A stretch of 64,000 nt of DNA. It comes from Botryllus schlosseri. Its lineage: Eukaryota. Every line of letters begins with the position of its first letter. Position 1 is the stretch's first letter. The notes beneath the pieces were generated by a model that was not told the DNA's origin, made no database searches, and worked only from the letters and a program-made list of their open reading frames with translations. The stretch covers positions 17,796,001-17,860,000 of the forward strand of contig CM119372.1 of assembly GCA_051294905.1 (NCBI GenBank). The letters run 5' to 3'. Shown here piece after piece: positions 11,688 through 26,600 of the stretch. Position numbers and translations under genes: made by a program.

Positions 11688-14600
11688 CTTGGTACCGAAA
11701 GTATTCGGTTGAGACAGGGTGAAGTCATCGTAGCGTCGTCAGAGCAGGCCGAGAAGTCGTCGGGGAAGAGATGAAGCAAAAAACAAACAAATTACTACGG
11801 GAGAGTGAGATGGAACTGTTAGTGAGCCACCGAGCTCGAATTGTTTCATTTTAAATCTTTTAAACGGAGCTTATCACACTGTAGAACGGAAGGAGAGCTT
11901 CATGCAGCGACGTGAAACCATGCACTAACGATGAGAAACAACATTCATGCGTTCGCAGAACCACCTTGTGCGCAATGCCAATGCGTATCGTGCAACATTT
12001 TTCTAGTCCTAAACCTGCTACAAACACCACTCCGGATCAAGATATGTACAGAGGCGGTCATGGTTCAAGCTATTAGTTTCGAAATTCAATTTGATGAACG
12101 TTTCGCATGCCTTTAGCAGTCTATCGGAAGTAGCTACCTTCAAAATGGCAAGATGTATCTGTATCTGCACAGTCATATCAAAATCAATTTCTAGTTTTCA
12201 AAACCCAAATTGTAAGAAGCAGTTTGTCTGTAATAGTTTAGTCTGTTCAAGTGAAAGTGGTCTATAAACATAAACATTTGAGTAAGTGATGCAAATACGC
12301 ATAACCTACTTTTGACTACTCTGATAAAGTAGCAGTACCTCGGCACCGGACTGGAAAACACAGAAAATGAATGAGACGGTGGAAATTAATTCGTTAATCA
12401 AGATCAAACATGTGAGATCAATTACAAAACTCGACACACAGTCATATCAATAATAAATGACTCGAGACCTTTCAGTCGGGATGCTAAGAGAACTTTAACT
12501 TCCGCCATTCAAGGCTGCAGCGAAAGCCCAAAAAGTTAATCCACACAAATTGAAAACTAAATGTTAGAGTTAATTTTAAAAAATTCCAGAATCGGAGCAT
12601 CACCGTCAAACGTGACGGCGATCCATGATGAATATTCATGGCCGTCCGGAGAGTTAAACAAGATTAAACATGCGGGATAGTAAAATAAGTTGGGAAAGAA
12701 TACAAAGGAGCAGAGTATGAATATGCACGAGTCAAATACCTTATTTCATCAGACAATCGAAATGCATCTCGAAATTGAAAACCTTCCGTTTTCATTAGTA
12801 GCTCTGGTGGCAAGCTAACAGTTCGTTTGCTGGCTATCGCTAGATGGCACAGGGTTGCGTTAAAATAAGTGTAAAGCAGTCGGCATATTTTACTCTCACT
12901 AGACTAGAAATAAGAAATCAGATATGAACAGGCGTTCTTTGTTAGAAGACACCCCGCAACATATCAAGTCCCAAGTAATTTCACCCCCATGGATTACACC
13001 AGCGCTCTGTGCCGTTCACAAGCGCAAGAAGTCAGCATGCCGAATAGGCTTGGCAAATAACATTGCATCATTGCTTGAGCTTTCCATTATGATATACCAA
13101 CATATAGTCGATCCAGTTTGCTTGCAGCCACATGCCAGAAACGTCAGCGCTTCTTTGGTAATCATCTTTTATCTCACATTATCGGTAAAAAAGCATTGGC
13201 ATGAAGCTTCAAGCAATGTCATCAAAATTTTTTTAGGTACTTTCATTCCTTCAAGGAATATGAATCCTTTCAATTAAAATTTAAAATTCATTTTGAGTGC
13301 CAAACAAAGTCAACCACATTGTTTTAAAATTGAAATTTGCAAAAAATAATGATTAAATCATTACAGATTTCGAGAAACAGTTCCCAGCAACACATTTCAA
13401 CTCTGCGCCACAAGTTTTGCATATTTTTCAATATTTCGTGCATGTTTATCAATATGTTATCCACTAAAAACAAACTGGAACCAAGCCAATTGATATCGAC
13501 TGTCCGATAACCTCAAACAGCTCAAACTACCTCCACTTAAGACTACAGTAGCCAGGTAGAAAATATGACATCTCAAGCACCCGTCACATACAACACTGCG
13601 TAAGTATAATATCGAGTTTGTCTCACTCAGATATACAAAAAACCCAAGCCATGCAAACCAGCATCGCGTGAACAACATCATCCAAACGAGCGCCAGCAAT
13701 CTGGCACAACTCTCTCACATACCAGCACACACGATGCAAGCAATGCTGCCTTTCAACCATCGAAGGTTCCAGTGCCGATTACGTGCCGTAGTAGAATGAC
13801 ATAACGATGTTCACCCCACAACCAACACCGAGCACCAAAATTCCCGGTGAGTCAACGACATTCAAACCTCTCCCATATGAGCACAGAAAGCAAGGCAAAC
13901 GTCAACATACCGAGGCAAATTCGTCCGGCTTCGTCGCGAGCTTTGCAATTGCCAGGGGTGGTCGATTGGTGTTTCCTCACTGCATAAGAAAATGAATTCG
14001 TAAAGAAGTCAGCAGTGAGGCTCAAGTAGAAGTAACATGTAAACTTCTAATCAAATACGGTTCATGTAGAAGTACCGATTTCCAAGACATGTCAAATTTA
14101 GTCAAAAATCAAAGTAAAAAATTTAAGGTCTTAAGAATATTCAAGTGGTTTCAAAAAGCAGATTTGGTGGAGGGATTACATACTTATAGCAGATCATTGT
14201 AGGATGCTACTTTCAAAATTGCAAGATGTTTTTTTCGCGGCAAACGCAAAATGACTAATGACATTAGAAACAGGTAGAATCTTCGAAAGTACGTTAAGCA
14301 ATCATGATACACGTTGTCCTGACAGCTTGAGTATTATGAAAAAGTAGGAGTGGTTCTTTACAGACCACCTCTGCCGTGCATGCGGGCGTCATGAATCTCA
14401 CCTGACTTGTCGTCAACCACCTTGGCTGCAACGTCAGTGGTGCTGGCGGCGTCCTACATAATGAAAAAACAACTTGCTTCACAGACACGATAAAAAACAA
14501 TGGGGCGAGCTACCTTGTCTTCGCCATTGAGGAGACCTGACGGCCAATCTTTGTTCAGCGTTCCAAAGATCACAAGTTCAAAATACTCGACGAAACCTGC

Positions 14601-17600
14601 GCAGAAATGAAAACGATACCAGCGTTGCATTCAGAGAGCTTCAATATTACTATAGTTTTTCCATAAGGCGTACAACAGGCAAGTAGCTCCAACCATAAAA
14701 TATTTATAATCAACGATATTGTTGTAGTTGCAGAGATACACAGCTCAATTGGGAAGACAATGATGAAATAGCGAATAATCGTCATTTATTCACAAGCATA
14801 TCGCCGACCAACGTAATCACCGCGATGTGATCAAGCAGAACAGCTTATTATATCAATAGTTGAGAAATCAATGTGGTTATTGTCTAGCGGCATGTCGAAA
14901 TATCCATTTTCCAAGCAGTGCTGCAACAAGATAGGAATCGAAGCAACCATTAGGTATCCCACACCTTTATACAATTTGGTCATATAGGCCGTGTTCGGCA
15001 GGCCCTTTACAGCACACCAAGTGCAGCAGATATTTTGTGCTATTCTCGAAGCAATCAATAACAACGAGTGGATGACTCATTGTGAAATAGTTACATTCAG
15101 GGGTGGGATTCAAATATTTGTCAGTCTGTTCTATCGACCACTGGTTACATCCTTGATCAAACAGTAAAAGAAATTCGCTAACTCACCTTTGGTAGTCCCC
15201 CTGTTTCCTTTTGTTTCGATCTCCAAAACCCATTCACCGTCCGGGTCCTCGTCCCAACTGTGCGTGGTCATGAACGGCCACTTGTGGAAATTGCCCGATC
15301 TGTCGTCGTAGGCTCTGAGATACAAAAAGAATGTGAAGTTCGCCTCGGAACAAAAATTCCACGAGATTCAGAAGGGGTGAAGAAAACCACGGCCCTACGA
15401 TCCATTCGTGACGGGCTTGTGAAACTTTCAAGTCACATTGTGACAAGAATTCAAAGCAGCACATTGCCGTACGTAAAACTGCAGAATCGCACTCAAGACA
15501 CTAAACGAAAATATCATCACAATGCTTCACAAGTCCAAAACTTATGTCCCGATTCAGGACCATAACATGCAGTTATAGACGACTGACATCTCTATGAATT
15601 TGACTGACCCTAATCAATTCAATTCGAAACAAAATCAAACTCAACTATCTTACGTAAGTTTGGGTGCTACTTATATTTGAACTCGGGCTCAAGCTGGATT
15701 TGATACCTGCTTCCTTGTTATTCGCATTGATGAGTGTCATTTCACTCAAGTGCTGAACTAGAAGATTAACAACCATCAACCAATCACACCGAGGACTCAT
15801 TATGATATCCCAATAATGAGTAAAGTTTTAAAATGTGGTATTGCAATCAACAGAATTCCAAGTTGATTGCGAGATAAACGGCGAGAATATTTGACTACAA
15901 ATAACAGCCTGCTAGTTGAAAATAATCGCTGTAGCACGCCGGATCCGTGCGTTACTTGGCATAAAGTACCACATTCTGTAAGACGGGTGCACAAATGCAC
16001 AAAATTCAAGAAAGTCGTACATCGAAGTCAACAGCTTCATGCACTGTTAAACTGCCTGCCATATGTGTGACACGCTGAGCATCCTGGATTAATGGAGTTT
16101 CGATACCAGAGAGCTTAATTATAAGTACATTAAACCACTTTGAACCGAGTAATTCCAACAACTAATCGAGTACCGCATCAAGAGGAGAGACAGAAGTTTC
16201 ACACTGGACGTCCTTACTGCTGTGACCCTGACCATTTAACTGGGCTCGGCATTGGTTTTGCTTATTGACGGCCGAGTTCTTCACAAGACAGCCAGTAGAA
16301 ATCAAACCTGGGTATCTCTGGTTTGGTCAAACATTTGAAGCTTGAAAACAAGTGGAAATTCCCTAGCAGACCAAAAACAAATTCAGCCCAAGTGCTATAC
16401 TTGTCAATTATGCCCATGTACGAACAACTGATACATAAAGCAATATATTTCGGGTTCTAATGGTCGTAGGTCATTATAGTTTGTTTGCATGAATAGATAT
16501 GGTCAAAAATAATTGGATTATACCAATATATACCATAATAGTCTAATAAATGCTAAATAAACAGTAAACATTGAACATTACTTACATTAGCTCTGGACAA
16601 ACTAGATTAGAGGAGCAAGTCATGATTTCTTGGAGACATGAGATTGAAGGCTTGACATTTCCAAGAGAAATCTCACAAAGGCTCCACATCAGCAAAAGTA
16701 AAAGCACGGTATTCTCTTGAATCAAAAATCGAGAACACATGTAGAACTCCTTTATGATAGCTCAGTAGCGTATGACAGTTGGCGTGGTTGGACAGGGCGC
16801 CATGTCAACTTTCCAGCAACTTATAAATTGCCTGCGCATGTGGTGCAGTTCCTGGTGTTTCACAAAACTTTTCATGTCTGCCAGTTGGTTAATAGAGGCT
16901 GTCCTCGGGTAGAAACCAAATCGTCCCAAGCCATCCCAACCATAACAACCAAACACAAACTCACCTCGAGTCTAACAAAGTGGATTTCGTACCACTGGGC
17001 GACGTCAAATAAATATGCATATCACCACGCCGGTCGCTAGACGCCGAAATCACGGCTTGCACGTGTTCCAGCCTATCCGGCTTGACCCCGCTACAACCCG
17101 ACACCTGTTTGAAATCGAGAGAGCAGGGTGCGTGCCAGAGCCGCACAAGAAACCTTCATCATCAACCGACCTTAAAGGTCTTCTTGTAAGGGCTGGAGGT
17201 GGAGTAGGCAATCCGCGAACCCTCCGGCAGAACTGTGACGCTGCAATTTCTCTGGGCCGGCACCGTCGTCCAGCTTTTGGCCATCGTCGCCATAGCGTGG
17301 GCGTCCATCATCCCATACCCGTAGGAGTGACTCACTGAATAGCGGTACAATCGCAACCAACGAACCACGACAATTTCAATCATAAGGGACCCAAACTTAG
17401 CCTGAAACAACTTTCTACTTTTCGAAATCCAACAAGAGAATATTGAGAAGCTTTGCCAAGCAAATCTTCAGCTAAAACGAAAGTAGTTTAAAACATAACC
17501 CCTTGGTGAATTTTGTACGTCCGTGGACAATTGGACATATTACCATGTGACGCTTGAGCATGTGGATTAAAGTAATAGGTGGTCAAAGTAGTCTTTGTTG

Positions 17601-20600
17601 TTACTGAAGTTGAAGTACATCAGATTAGCGATTTCCAAGTAAATAAAAAGTATTCTAGGCTTGGTTTTGCTTAAAACACTGAAAATTATTAGGTAGAAGT
17701 AAAAGCAGAGTAAAAACATAACCGCTTTAGTAAGTAGTGCAAGTAGGGAAAACCTAGGTGGGTAATCCGTAAAAGTAGAAGTACTTCACAATGACCGCCA
17801 CTGTCCGTTACTGGGTTGGTCTGCCGATTACTTATAAAGTCCGGCTGTCTCAAGCGTACCTTTTCGGCCCGCGCCATTTACAACCCAATCGTTGGCCTTC
17901 AAAAGATCAGGGTTCGCGGTTCTGACGACGATATGCTGCATGTCTCTCCATGTAATATCGCGGCTACCGGGGAAAAACAGCCAATAAGAGCACGGTATCT
18001 TAAAATTATCACAGACCAGCAGCAATATTACTTAGCCTCTAATGCAAGGGCGCAGATCCCCGCCGCTAAAGGGGCCGAAGCTGACGTCCCAGTATGGGTC
18101 TCCGTACATTTTTTATCCAGGTCTGTCGTAACCTGCGAAGCAGAAAAAACGATGAGTGTGATGCAATAAAAGGATGACTGAGATCTTACACCAGTTGGTA
18201 AAGGTAGCTTAGAATGTCGCGAAAAGTTGGAAGAAGGCCTACAGGATGAGCTGTACCCGAATGCAAGTGGATTGAGACATCGCTGTGTAAGAGAAGGCTG
18301 TTTTCTTATGTTTGTGTCTATGCTTTAATACAAACATGGAAAAGAGCAACTTGACATCAGGAGAATTTAATCTATCCTGTAGTTCTGATCAACATAGATT
18401 TTTCAAAACCTCACTCTCATTCTTCGCACAATCGTCGATCATATCACAAAGACAGGGCTGGCCGCGAACAAAACAGCGAAAATGCCACATTTTTTCCTCA
18501 ATTTATCCTTAATTTGAGATCACATCATATTTACAGTGCAGTGCCACTTTAATACTCAACTAAGAATCTAATCTGTAAGGTACTCGATTTTGCCCAGCTC
18601 TATCCCGACACAATTGACATTGACATATACCTGCTGAGTGCATAAGAAATCATCCGTTCAAAAAGTGGAAATATTGCAATTTACTCCTACTGCGTCTCCA
18701 CTGCATCAAACTCCCGACACGACGCGCTGGTTTGACTTACAATTTGCTTTTCTGATGAGATCCCGCTGCTGTACGTCGTGGCGAGTGTAGACGAGCAATC
18801 TTCCGAATACCAAGGCTTGTTCGTGTTCTGCGTCGTGCTGCTTATCGACAGCGTGTAGATCGAGTTTGTGTAACCGTCGCAATTACAGTTGTCGTGCTTT
18901 CGGCCTCCGTTTCCCGAAGCCCACACGAATATCGATCCCTTGCCCCCGCGACCCTTTTGAGATCGTCCAAAATCAATCAATCGGTGTCTCGGGAATTTCG
19001 GATTGACAATCCCAATACGGTAATCAATGGTTTTGTATATGAATTTGTGCGAATGTCAAAACATCAGATATATCGATAGCAAATGCGTAACGAGATTGTA
19101 ACGATCGATTCAGGGAGCGAAGCGCAGGACGTGTAATACTTGTAGCTTGGAAATTCGACAATTCCAGGGCCCAAGGTATACAATTCGGCATAACGTTAGT
19201 GTGACAATGTGAGATTGGTCGAGACAGGAGACGGGAGTCGAAGGGCAGCCGTGAAGAATATTATTACGTTCGTTCGCTTCAAGGACTATCTATTGTAATG
19301 TAATTACTAGTGATACAACCGTTATTCATGAAAACGCTAGTTATCACAACAATGGATCTTATGTTTAGGAGCAACGAGATATGTACAAGCTATGGTGGTG
19401 TCAGTGTCAGAAACAACCACACAATTTACAGCGCGGTCAAAGACATTCGCAAAAATGAAAAGAGCGAAAGTAGGCCAGCATATAAACGTCCAACACATTC
19501 CAACATAGGAAACTATTTGGCTGCGTGAGTAATTTTCCACGTGAAAACTATGGACCGATACTTGAAACACGTCAAAAAGATTGGTTCAACATATTGTTAC
19601 TGCGAGTAAAATGCTTACACAAGAAACAAGTTATAATATTATTAATATGATGTTTTTTGTTAGATACAACCGAAGCAACGTCTTATAAGAGCCTAGAAGT
19701 GGGCCATTCTACAAGAAAATTGGCCAGGTGTAAATGACCATAGTAGCCACTACAAACAATATGAGTAGGCTACCACAAACAAACAAGCATAGAACTGAAA
19801 TATCATTCCACTTAGCGTGCAACGATAAGACACTATTTTTTTGTCAGCGTTCCCCGTAATAATGATTATTACAAAATAAAAGCACCGCATTCGACGAGAT
19901 CCTGCGTGTGTGCAGCAAACCCACCTGGGTGATACCCTTTTTAAAGGCTGCCTTCGCTTGTTTTGCCGGGCCATCGACCGTGCGGCCATCGTCATCGGGA
20001 CCCCAGGAAGCGCTATAGATATCAATGTGCCCCGGATTTAATCCGATGGAGAGGGCTTCTACTGCATCGGTGACCGCACCATCTAGCATACGGACTCCTA
20101 AACAAACGAAACAAGACCTCTGTGGCATCACACAAAAGCATGCTGACAATGCATTACAGTATATACTGCTATTAAAAAGAAAGCCCGATCGAAATGTCTC
20201 CGTAAGAATCAGCCAACTGTCGCTGATATGTGCCGGTGCCGGCCGGTACAATGACATCGGCACTTCATCTATCGAGGCAGTCTTGCTTTCGTGTGCGCCG
20301 CACTTTGTTGAAAATAGTAATGGGATTTAGGGATCAAATTGGAAATCCCCAAATCGGGTTTTTAGCTCCGTAATCCAGGAAAATTTCTGCATTAGCAAAA
20401 GTAGATAAATATGCATGCAAGCTACACAAACCACGTTTATTGTAATGGTACTGCAAAAACACAAGAGCATGGAGAATATCATCCAACCATTTCTGATTTG
20501 ACTGGCAAAATATTCAAGAGCTGAAAATGCACGTTCAGCCAAAACTTCAACTTTTCTATCCCGCATAAGGTTTTCTGCCCTTCTTTGCATGTTCATACAG

Positions 20601-23600
20601 CCGCATTTCTTCAAAATCAGCAAATCTGAGCTAAATTCCACCTGGGGCAAAATTAGCAGAATCCTGGTGGGCAGCCCAGTATGTTTTGAAAAAATTGCAT
20701 GCGCCATCTTGTGGATTTTGTAAAATCCCTGTGGCAACTCGCCAGCAAGCCAACGAGAGATTTAGGTCATGATTTGCCTCCAATCCACTTAGATTTGAAT
20801 AATTGGACATTTGTTTGTCCCATGGGAATTTTGAGAAGTGATGACATCTCTCTCAGTGCCATTTATGAATAAGTCTTAGATATAAATGAATGAGTCACAG
20901 CAAGTTGCTGGCTATAACAGATATATGTGTCAGTGCTATCACTGCTATGACTGGGTAGTTCATTGTTATCCTGTAGTTGGTTTGGTAGTATTATCACACT
21001 AATGTGAAATGTTCAAGACAATCAGCCCATATTGTAACTCTGCTTTAAAACCAATATAAGAGTTATGGATCTACAACGGTTTTGCAGATGCTCTTTCTAA
21101 AAGGTTAACAGTGAATTCGGCACTTGACGGCTCATAATCCTAATCGACTTCTACCGTAGTCCTACCCGACCCTAGTTCAAAACGACAAAAGAAGAAAGCG
21201 GATACCTCCAATTTTAGCATCGTAGGCGATCCCGACGGAACACCATTCATTGTTGGCCACCGCGGCCACTTCCCCAGCACATCTTGTCCCGTGTCTGTTC
21301 TCGTTATTGTACGTCGGTCTCGGCATTGGATCGTCATCGTGATTGTTGATATCTTTCGAAGCTTTCGGGTCCTAAAACGGACCACAAACACAAGATGACC
21401 GAGACAGTCGTACGTGCAAAAACAAAGGATGTAACCACATCCACGTGACTAATACACGCCCAGAGGTGGACAAAGTAGTGGTGCTAGAGTTGAAGTAGAA
21501 GTAACACCGTAAATTTCTACTCAATTGCTACAAACAGGATAATCTTTTGCTCAAGTTGGCATACAGGAGTTTTCCTCTATAGTCCAGGCTTTTCAAACTG
21601 GGCATCAAGTCTTGTGCGATAATAACAACAGCACTTGTTAGCAGAGGCGTTCAAAGTCGTCAGCGTTGGAACTCGAGAAAAAGTAGAATTTTTAATCAAT
21701 TACAAGCAGAATTAGCGATTTCAAAGACATGTCAAAACATCTTGAGCGGAAGCAGAATACGAAACTCTGAAAAGTACTTTGAAAGAAAGAAGTTTCAAAC
21801 GGAAGATTTGGTCAAGGGGTTGCACATACTTACGACAGTTAAAGCAGAGATGAAGACTACTGTCAAAGTTGCAAGTTTGTGACTGACGCGTAACGACTAA
21901 TGAGACCACAAATAGGTGAAATTTTGTAAATGCATCTAGTTACTGTGGCGAAGGGGATATTCTACCCAAAAATGTGCTGTGAAGCGAGTAACTATAATTC
22001 GACCAAGCAGCTGAGTATTGTTTTCTTCGAGGCCAGATTGCAAGCAAACGGAGGTCGCCGACCTCGACATACGTGAAGTGAAAGGATTTATACTTACATA
22101 GTTTTCTGCTAAATCCGGATGTGTATATTCGATACCATCGTCCAATATCGTGACTACGACATCTTTACCAGTGTAGCCGGCTTTCCATGCTTCCACAACT
22201 TTCATGTTGGGTTCCACATTGGTATGCTGCAATTAAAAAGCAGTGGATAAAACTGATCTGCATTTTCGTTACTACACAATCCCCAATTCCCTAAAAGCAT
22301 TTATATTCCATATAAATCACGTTACATATTGCATTTGTGCCAGCGACTGCAAAATGCGCAGTTGTGTCCCAACCAGCTACCAACCCATCTAGCAGTCTTG
22401 TACAACAGCCTTATATCGCACTACGGCACCAGGGTCATGGCTTGATGCTGATTCTGCTGTAAGCATCTCTCAAAATGTGCAACTTGTCAGACAAATGGTG
22501 ACAGATTGCGGCAGGACTGGACGTACTTGTATCAGCAATATTCCTCATTGGCATGTAACTGTCTATTACAATGAAAGGTATAGAAAGTTACATGTTGTGT
22601 ATGTGGAACTCAAATTATAGTCAATCTTGCAGCGCCATAACGAAAGGACATCATTAAATGGAAATTACAATCGACCAATAACACTGGTCAACACATATTT
22701 TTAGGCAGACAAAGTAAGAGTGGTTTTGGGGGTTCTGAAGGGCACTGATTCCGAATATGACCTTAGTTTTTTTTCAAATTGGCTCTTGTTTTGTAAATAA
22801 CCCATGGTGATATTTTGTCTAAAATCTCCCGGTTTCGCTGTAATGACTAGATGGAAAATCGGCTCAGTCGCACTATAAAGTTTAGTAATTCAATCTACTT
22901 GATATTTTTACACACAAAGGACTCTTTTGAATCAAAATACAGCAACAGCACTGTATTTAGGGGTCTTAGATTTATCATAGTAATACACATTCACGGATAT
23001 CATATACGTAAATATACTCCAATCATGTATATAAGTATTTACATAGATACTCAAATAACGTGGCATTAATTCAATCAGTTTTACGTCAACCACGTATTGT
23101 AAATTTGAAATAATCAGCTGGAATATAGTATTATTCATTTATTATAAGGCACAATTGTTTTTTGTACGATTTTCGCCTGTAAGCAATTTAGTGCAGTTTC
23201 TCGAAAGGTTCCAGCAATGATCTGCCATAATATGTTCATCTCATCTGCCCTAATATCTTTCTGTTGTTGTTTTGATGTCTTGGTGGAACCCCTCCACTTG
23301 CTAATCAACAAGATCATGAGGAAATATATCAAGATGGCTGTACAGGAAGTGAACTTTTATGCTCGTTCCAAGTTTTCCATATGCAGATACGAATATTCGG
23401 ACCAACTGTTTGTAGTTGGGTGCTTTGTGATCAGTGATCCTCTAAAAAGTTTCATTTACGACATCTTAGGATAAATGCCATGCAGTGAACTCCTTCCTAA
23501 TATGAAATTGGAATCTTTCATCCGTATTCGAATCGGAAATCTATCAAAGATACCAGACTTGAGCTTCTCGTTTGATAGGGATACTATAGGTATAGGCCTA

Positions 23601-26600
23601 CCCACTTTATTGATTCAGCAGAAAATTAGCCATTTACAAGTCAAAAGAAATGAGACTGATATCAGTCTTGTAGGCTATTCAAGGACAAATTTTATAGCTT
23701 TATACTCCTCTTTAATCTTGGTAAAATGACCAATTGATACAGGAAAATATGTATTTCCGTTGTGCAAAAGTACAATTTTTAGGCTTGACAAACTGCTTTT
23801 TTGACAAAACAAATATTTCGCACCAGGTCATGTTCATATCGATAGAATGACTGAAAACGACATGAGGGTTCTTTATAGTCAATTATCTATTTATGCGCAG
23901 CATAAAATTAGAAAAAACTACGATTTTCTCTCTATCAAGTGAAATATTCAAGGGTAAATACAGTAATTTTGGGCTTTTTTAGGGGTATAAATATCTCCCG
24001 AACATGAGCCAATCTGAAAAAACTAATGTGATATAAGTATTCAAAAACCTCAGAAACCCCAGAAACGGCTCTCAGATGTTCTGCCAAAAAAAAATTATTT
24101 TCATTTTGTTGACCAGTGTAATCAGCGCAATTTCTTTATCAAATCTGGCCTAGATTGCGTATCTATCAATCTATTGATAGAGATTTTTATCATTCGTCTC
24201 ATAGTACTTAAGCTTTAGGAACAAACCTACAATTTCTTAATTCTAAACTGCCCCTGAGGGCACAAGCCAGTCAAGAGAAGAAACAGTCACGGAGTATGCA
24301 TAAAACTTCAAAATGTCAGATTTCAGTTGTACTAAGGCTGATTCACATTACTCCCACAACACATTATGCCCAGTAGGATGTCGTGCGATAAGTTGAATGA
24401 GTATATTTGAGTTTTGATTCTTTGTATATGTGTTTATGTGTAAAGGGAGTGGACTTAATGGCATACTGCATAACATTGTCATAATATATCAAAATTTGCA
24501 GGGATATCAATATTTGATATACAGATGAAACTCAACCCATATCACACACCAAACAAAGCTATGAAACACGTGTTCTTGAGTGAACCGCACAGACAATGAA
24601 GTTCAGATTACTGGAACATAGTAAGTTTATTTTTGTTACTTCATAATAATTAACAACTGCAACTCCAGGCTGCAGGTAGTAGGCTATACTAATTGATGTG
24701 GACTGTGGAGGCAGTAAAATATGGAAGAGCAGGACAAGCTTGCCAAAATGTTATGAAAATACTCAGAAAAGGGAAGGCATTTTTGGCATGTTTGTACCAC
24801 CACCCTTTAAAATAAAGAAACTAGTGTGATAATGTGGCCTAAATTCTTACCAGATACCAGGTGTGTGCCCACAGTGGATCTGCTGGTGGTGTTTCAGGAT
24901 CATAAGATGACACATCCCTCTTTACCCTTTTCTTGATAACTTGCTGCTCCACTGAGCGCACCTGAAGTAGAGCACATCTGCCTGAGTGGTTATTAAGGAC
25001 AGGTCAATCAATGTGCAGCTATGTACTAAATTTGTGGTGATTCATAGAAAGTGCGTGCCTTTGAAACCAGTACACTTGTACATGAGTAACATCAATTTGC
25101 CTACAGCTTTATTAGCTCAAGCAGAACCGTGCAGTAGCTCATACATGGTCGGATCATAATTAATAATAATCCATGTCTTCGCAACATTCCCATGTCCCTT
25201 CTTGCTTTCTATTGGCATTTCAATGACAGCATATCTACGTACTCGAATAGTATAATATTCATAATGTGCATGGTGAGACATTGAACGACGATATTGCGAT
25301 AGGAAGTGCAATCACTTGTTACTGCACATTATTTGCCTTATGATATGGTGAAACCATGTCGGCCTGTGGCGCACCATTATCTGTGACATCTGTGAAACAG
25401 GAGAAACCGTTGGAAGGATGCATGTTTCAATAAACCTTCAAAGAGCTCAACTCAAATGTGAGCCAACGTGGGGATTCAGGAGTATGTGCCTTCACAGTTG
25501 AGGTATATTTGAATGGAAATTGGAAAGTACAGAGCTGTTAACGCCTGGTATCACTTTCAAGTGCTGTTCTGTAAACCTATTCGTTATTGACGACAGAAGC
25601 AATAATAATCTGCGACCAATAAGCACTAGGCCTACTACAAAATTCGGTTCAACATCTTATGAAGTTTACCATACCAGATAAACGAAACCACAAGCCGATC
25701 AAGATGCAATGATAAAAGATAGGCAACATTAATTTACAATAAATTGGTTGATAATGACAACTACCAAAATAAATGCTTAACACCGCATCTACAAATATTT
25801 GAGATGGCAAGATTTTATTCCTCGAAATCTCTAAGTTAATGAACCAGTTCGTGACAAGGGCAGTCAGGCTTCGACTTAGTAACGAGTTGCGGAATGGCAC
25901 CGCTCATGAGCGTGTGTAATGACTAATGGTATGATTCGGAAAAAAGTTTGCTCGAGCACAAATTTTTCGGAAAGAAAATGTCACTGTATTATCAGTGACA
26001 TCATAAACACGAAGCCATCGGACTATTCAAAATAAATAGTCTGATTGGGGCCTATGATAATTTGTAAACGATATAACTTATCGTAGGCCTCGGTCTGATG
26101 AGGAGAGACTGACCTGACGCCGCGCCCATTGAACGGTAACGGTAACGGTAACCGTCTTAAAATGAGATCAAAATCAACTTAATGAAAAGTCGCTATATAA
26201 AGATTTAATTGTGTCAAGCTGATTTGGATTAAGATTAGTAATTAATTGTGATTGCATTTGTTTTTATTTTTTGGTCTTGTAATTGTAATAGCCGGATAGT
26301 CCTGAGGGAAAAAATTCAAACGTAATTGTAATCGTAATGAAATAATTTGTGGAATCTATGGTCTCGCCAAATAGGAGGCCGATCTGTAAGCCAGCCACCC
26401 ACCGACACTTCTTGTCTCAGCAATCAAGCGTCTGTTCTAGTATTGCATCGCACGCGTTTAAACCGCTTACACAGACATTATCCCGAAATGCCAGCCAGGA
26501 GTTTAATGCCGCTTCTGCTTTCACATACTCCAAATCTGCAAGCAATCCGAATCGACCGAAACGTAATCAATCATAAGCGATTCGTAGCACTTCACCAACT

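Noticed and set aside
12730..12760. Possible SL RNA gene (aaataag|gta on the minus strand)
   Set aside because: Only a few terminal bases resemble a leader/donor junction; no Sm site, tandem array or recognisable leader.
13700..13860. Extra Cys-containing furin exon or alternative terminal exon
   Set aside because: No convincing acceptor and no furin-like Cys spacing; exon 15 joins the last exon with normal furin Cys spacing.
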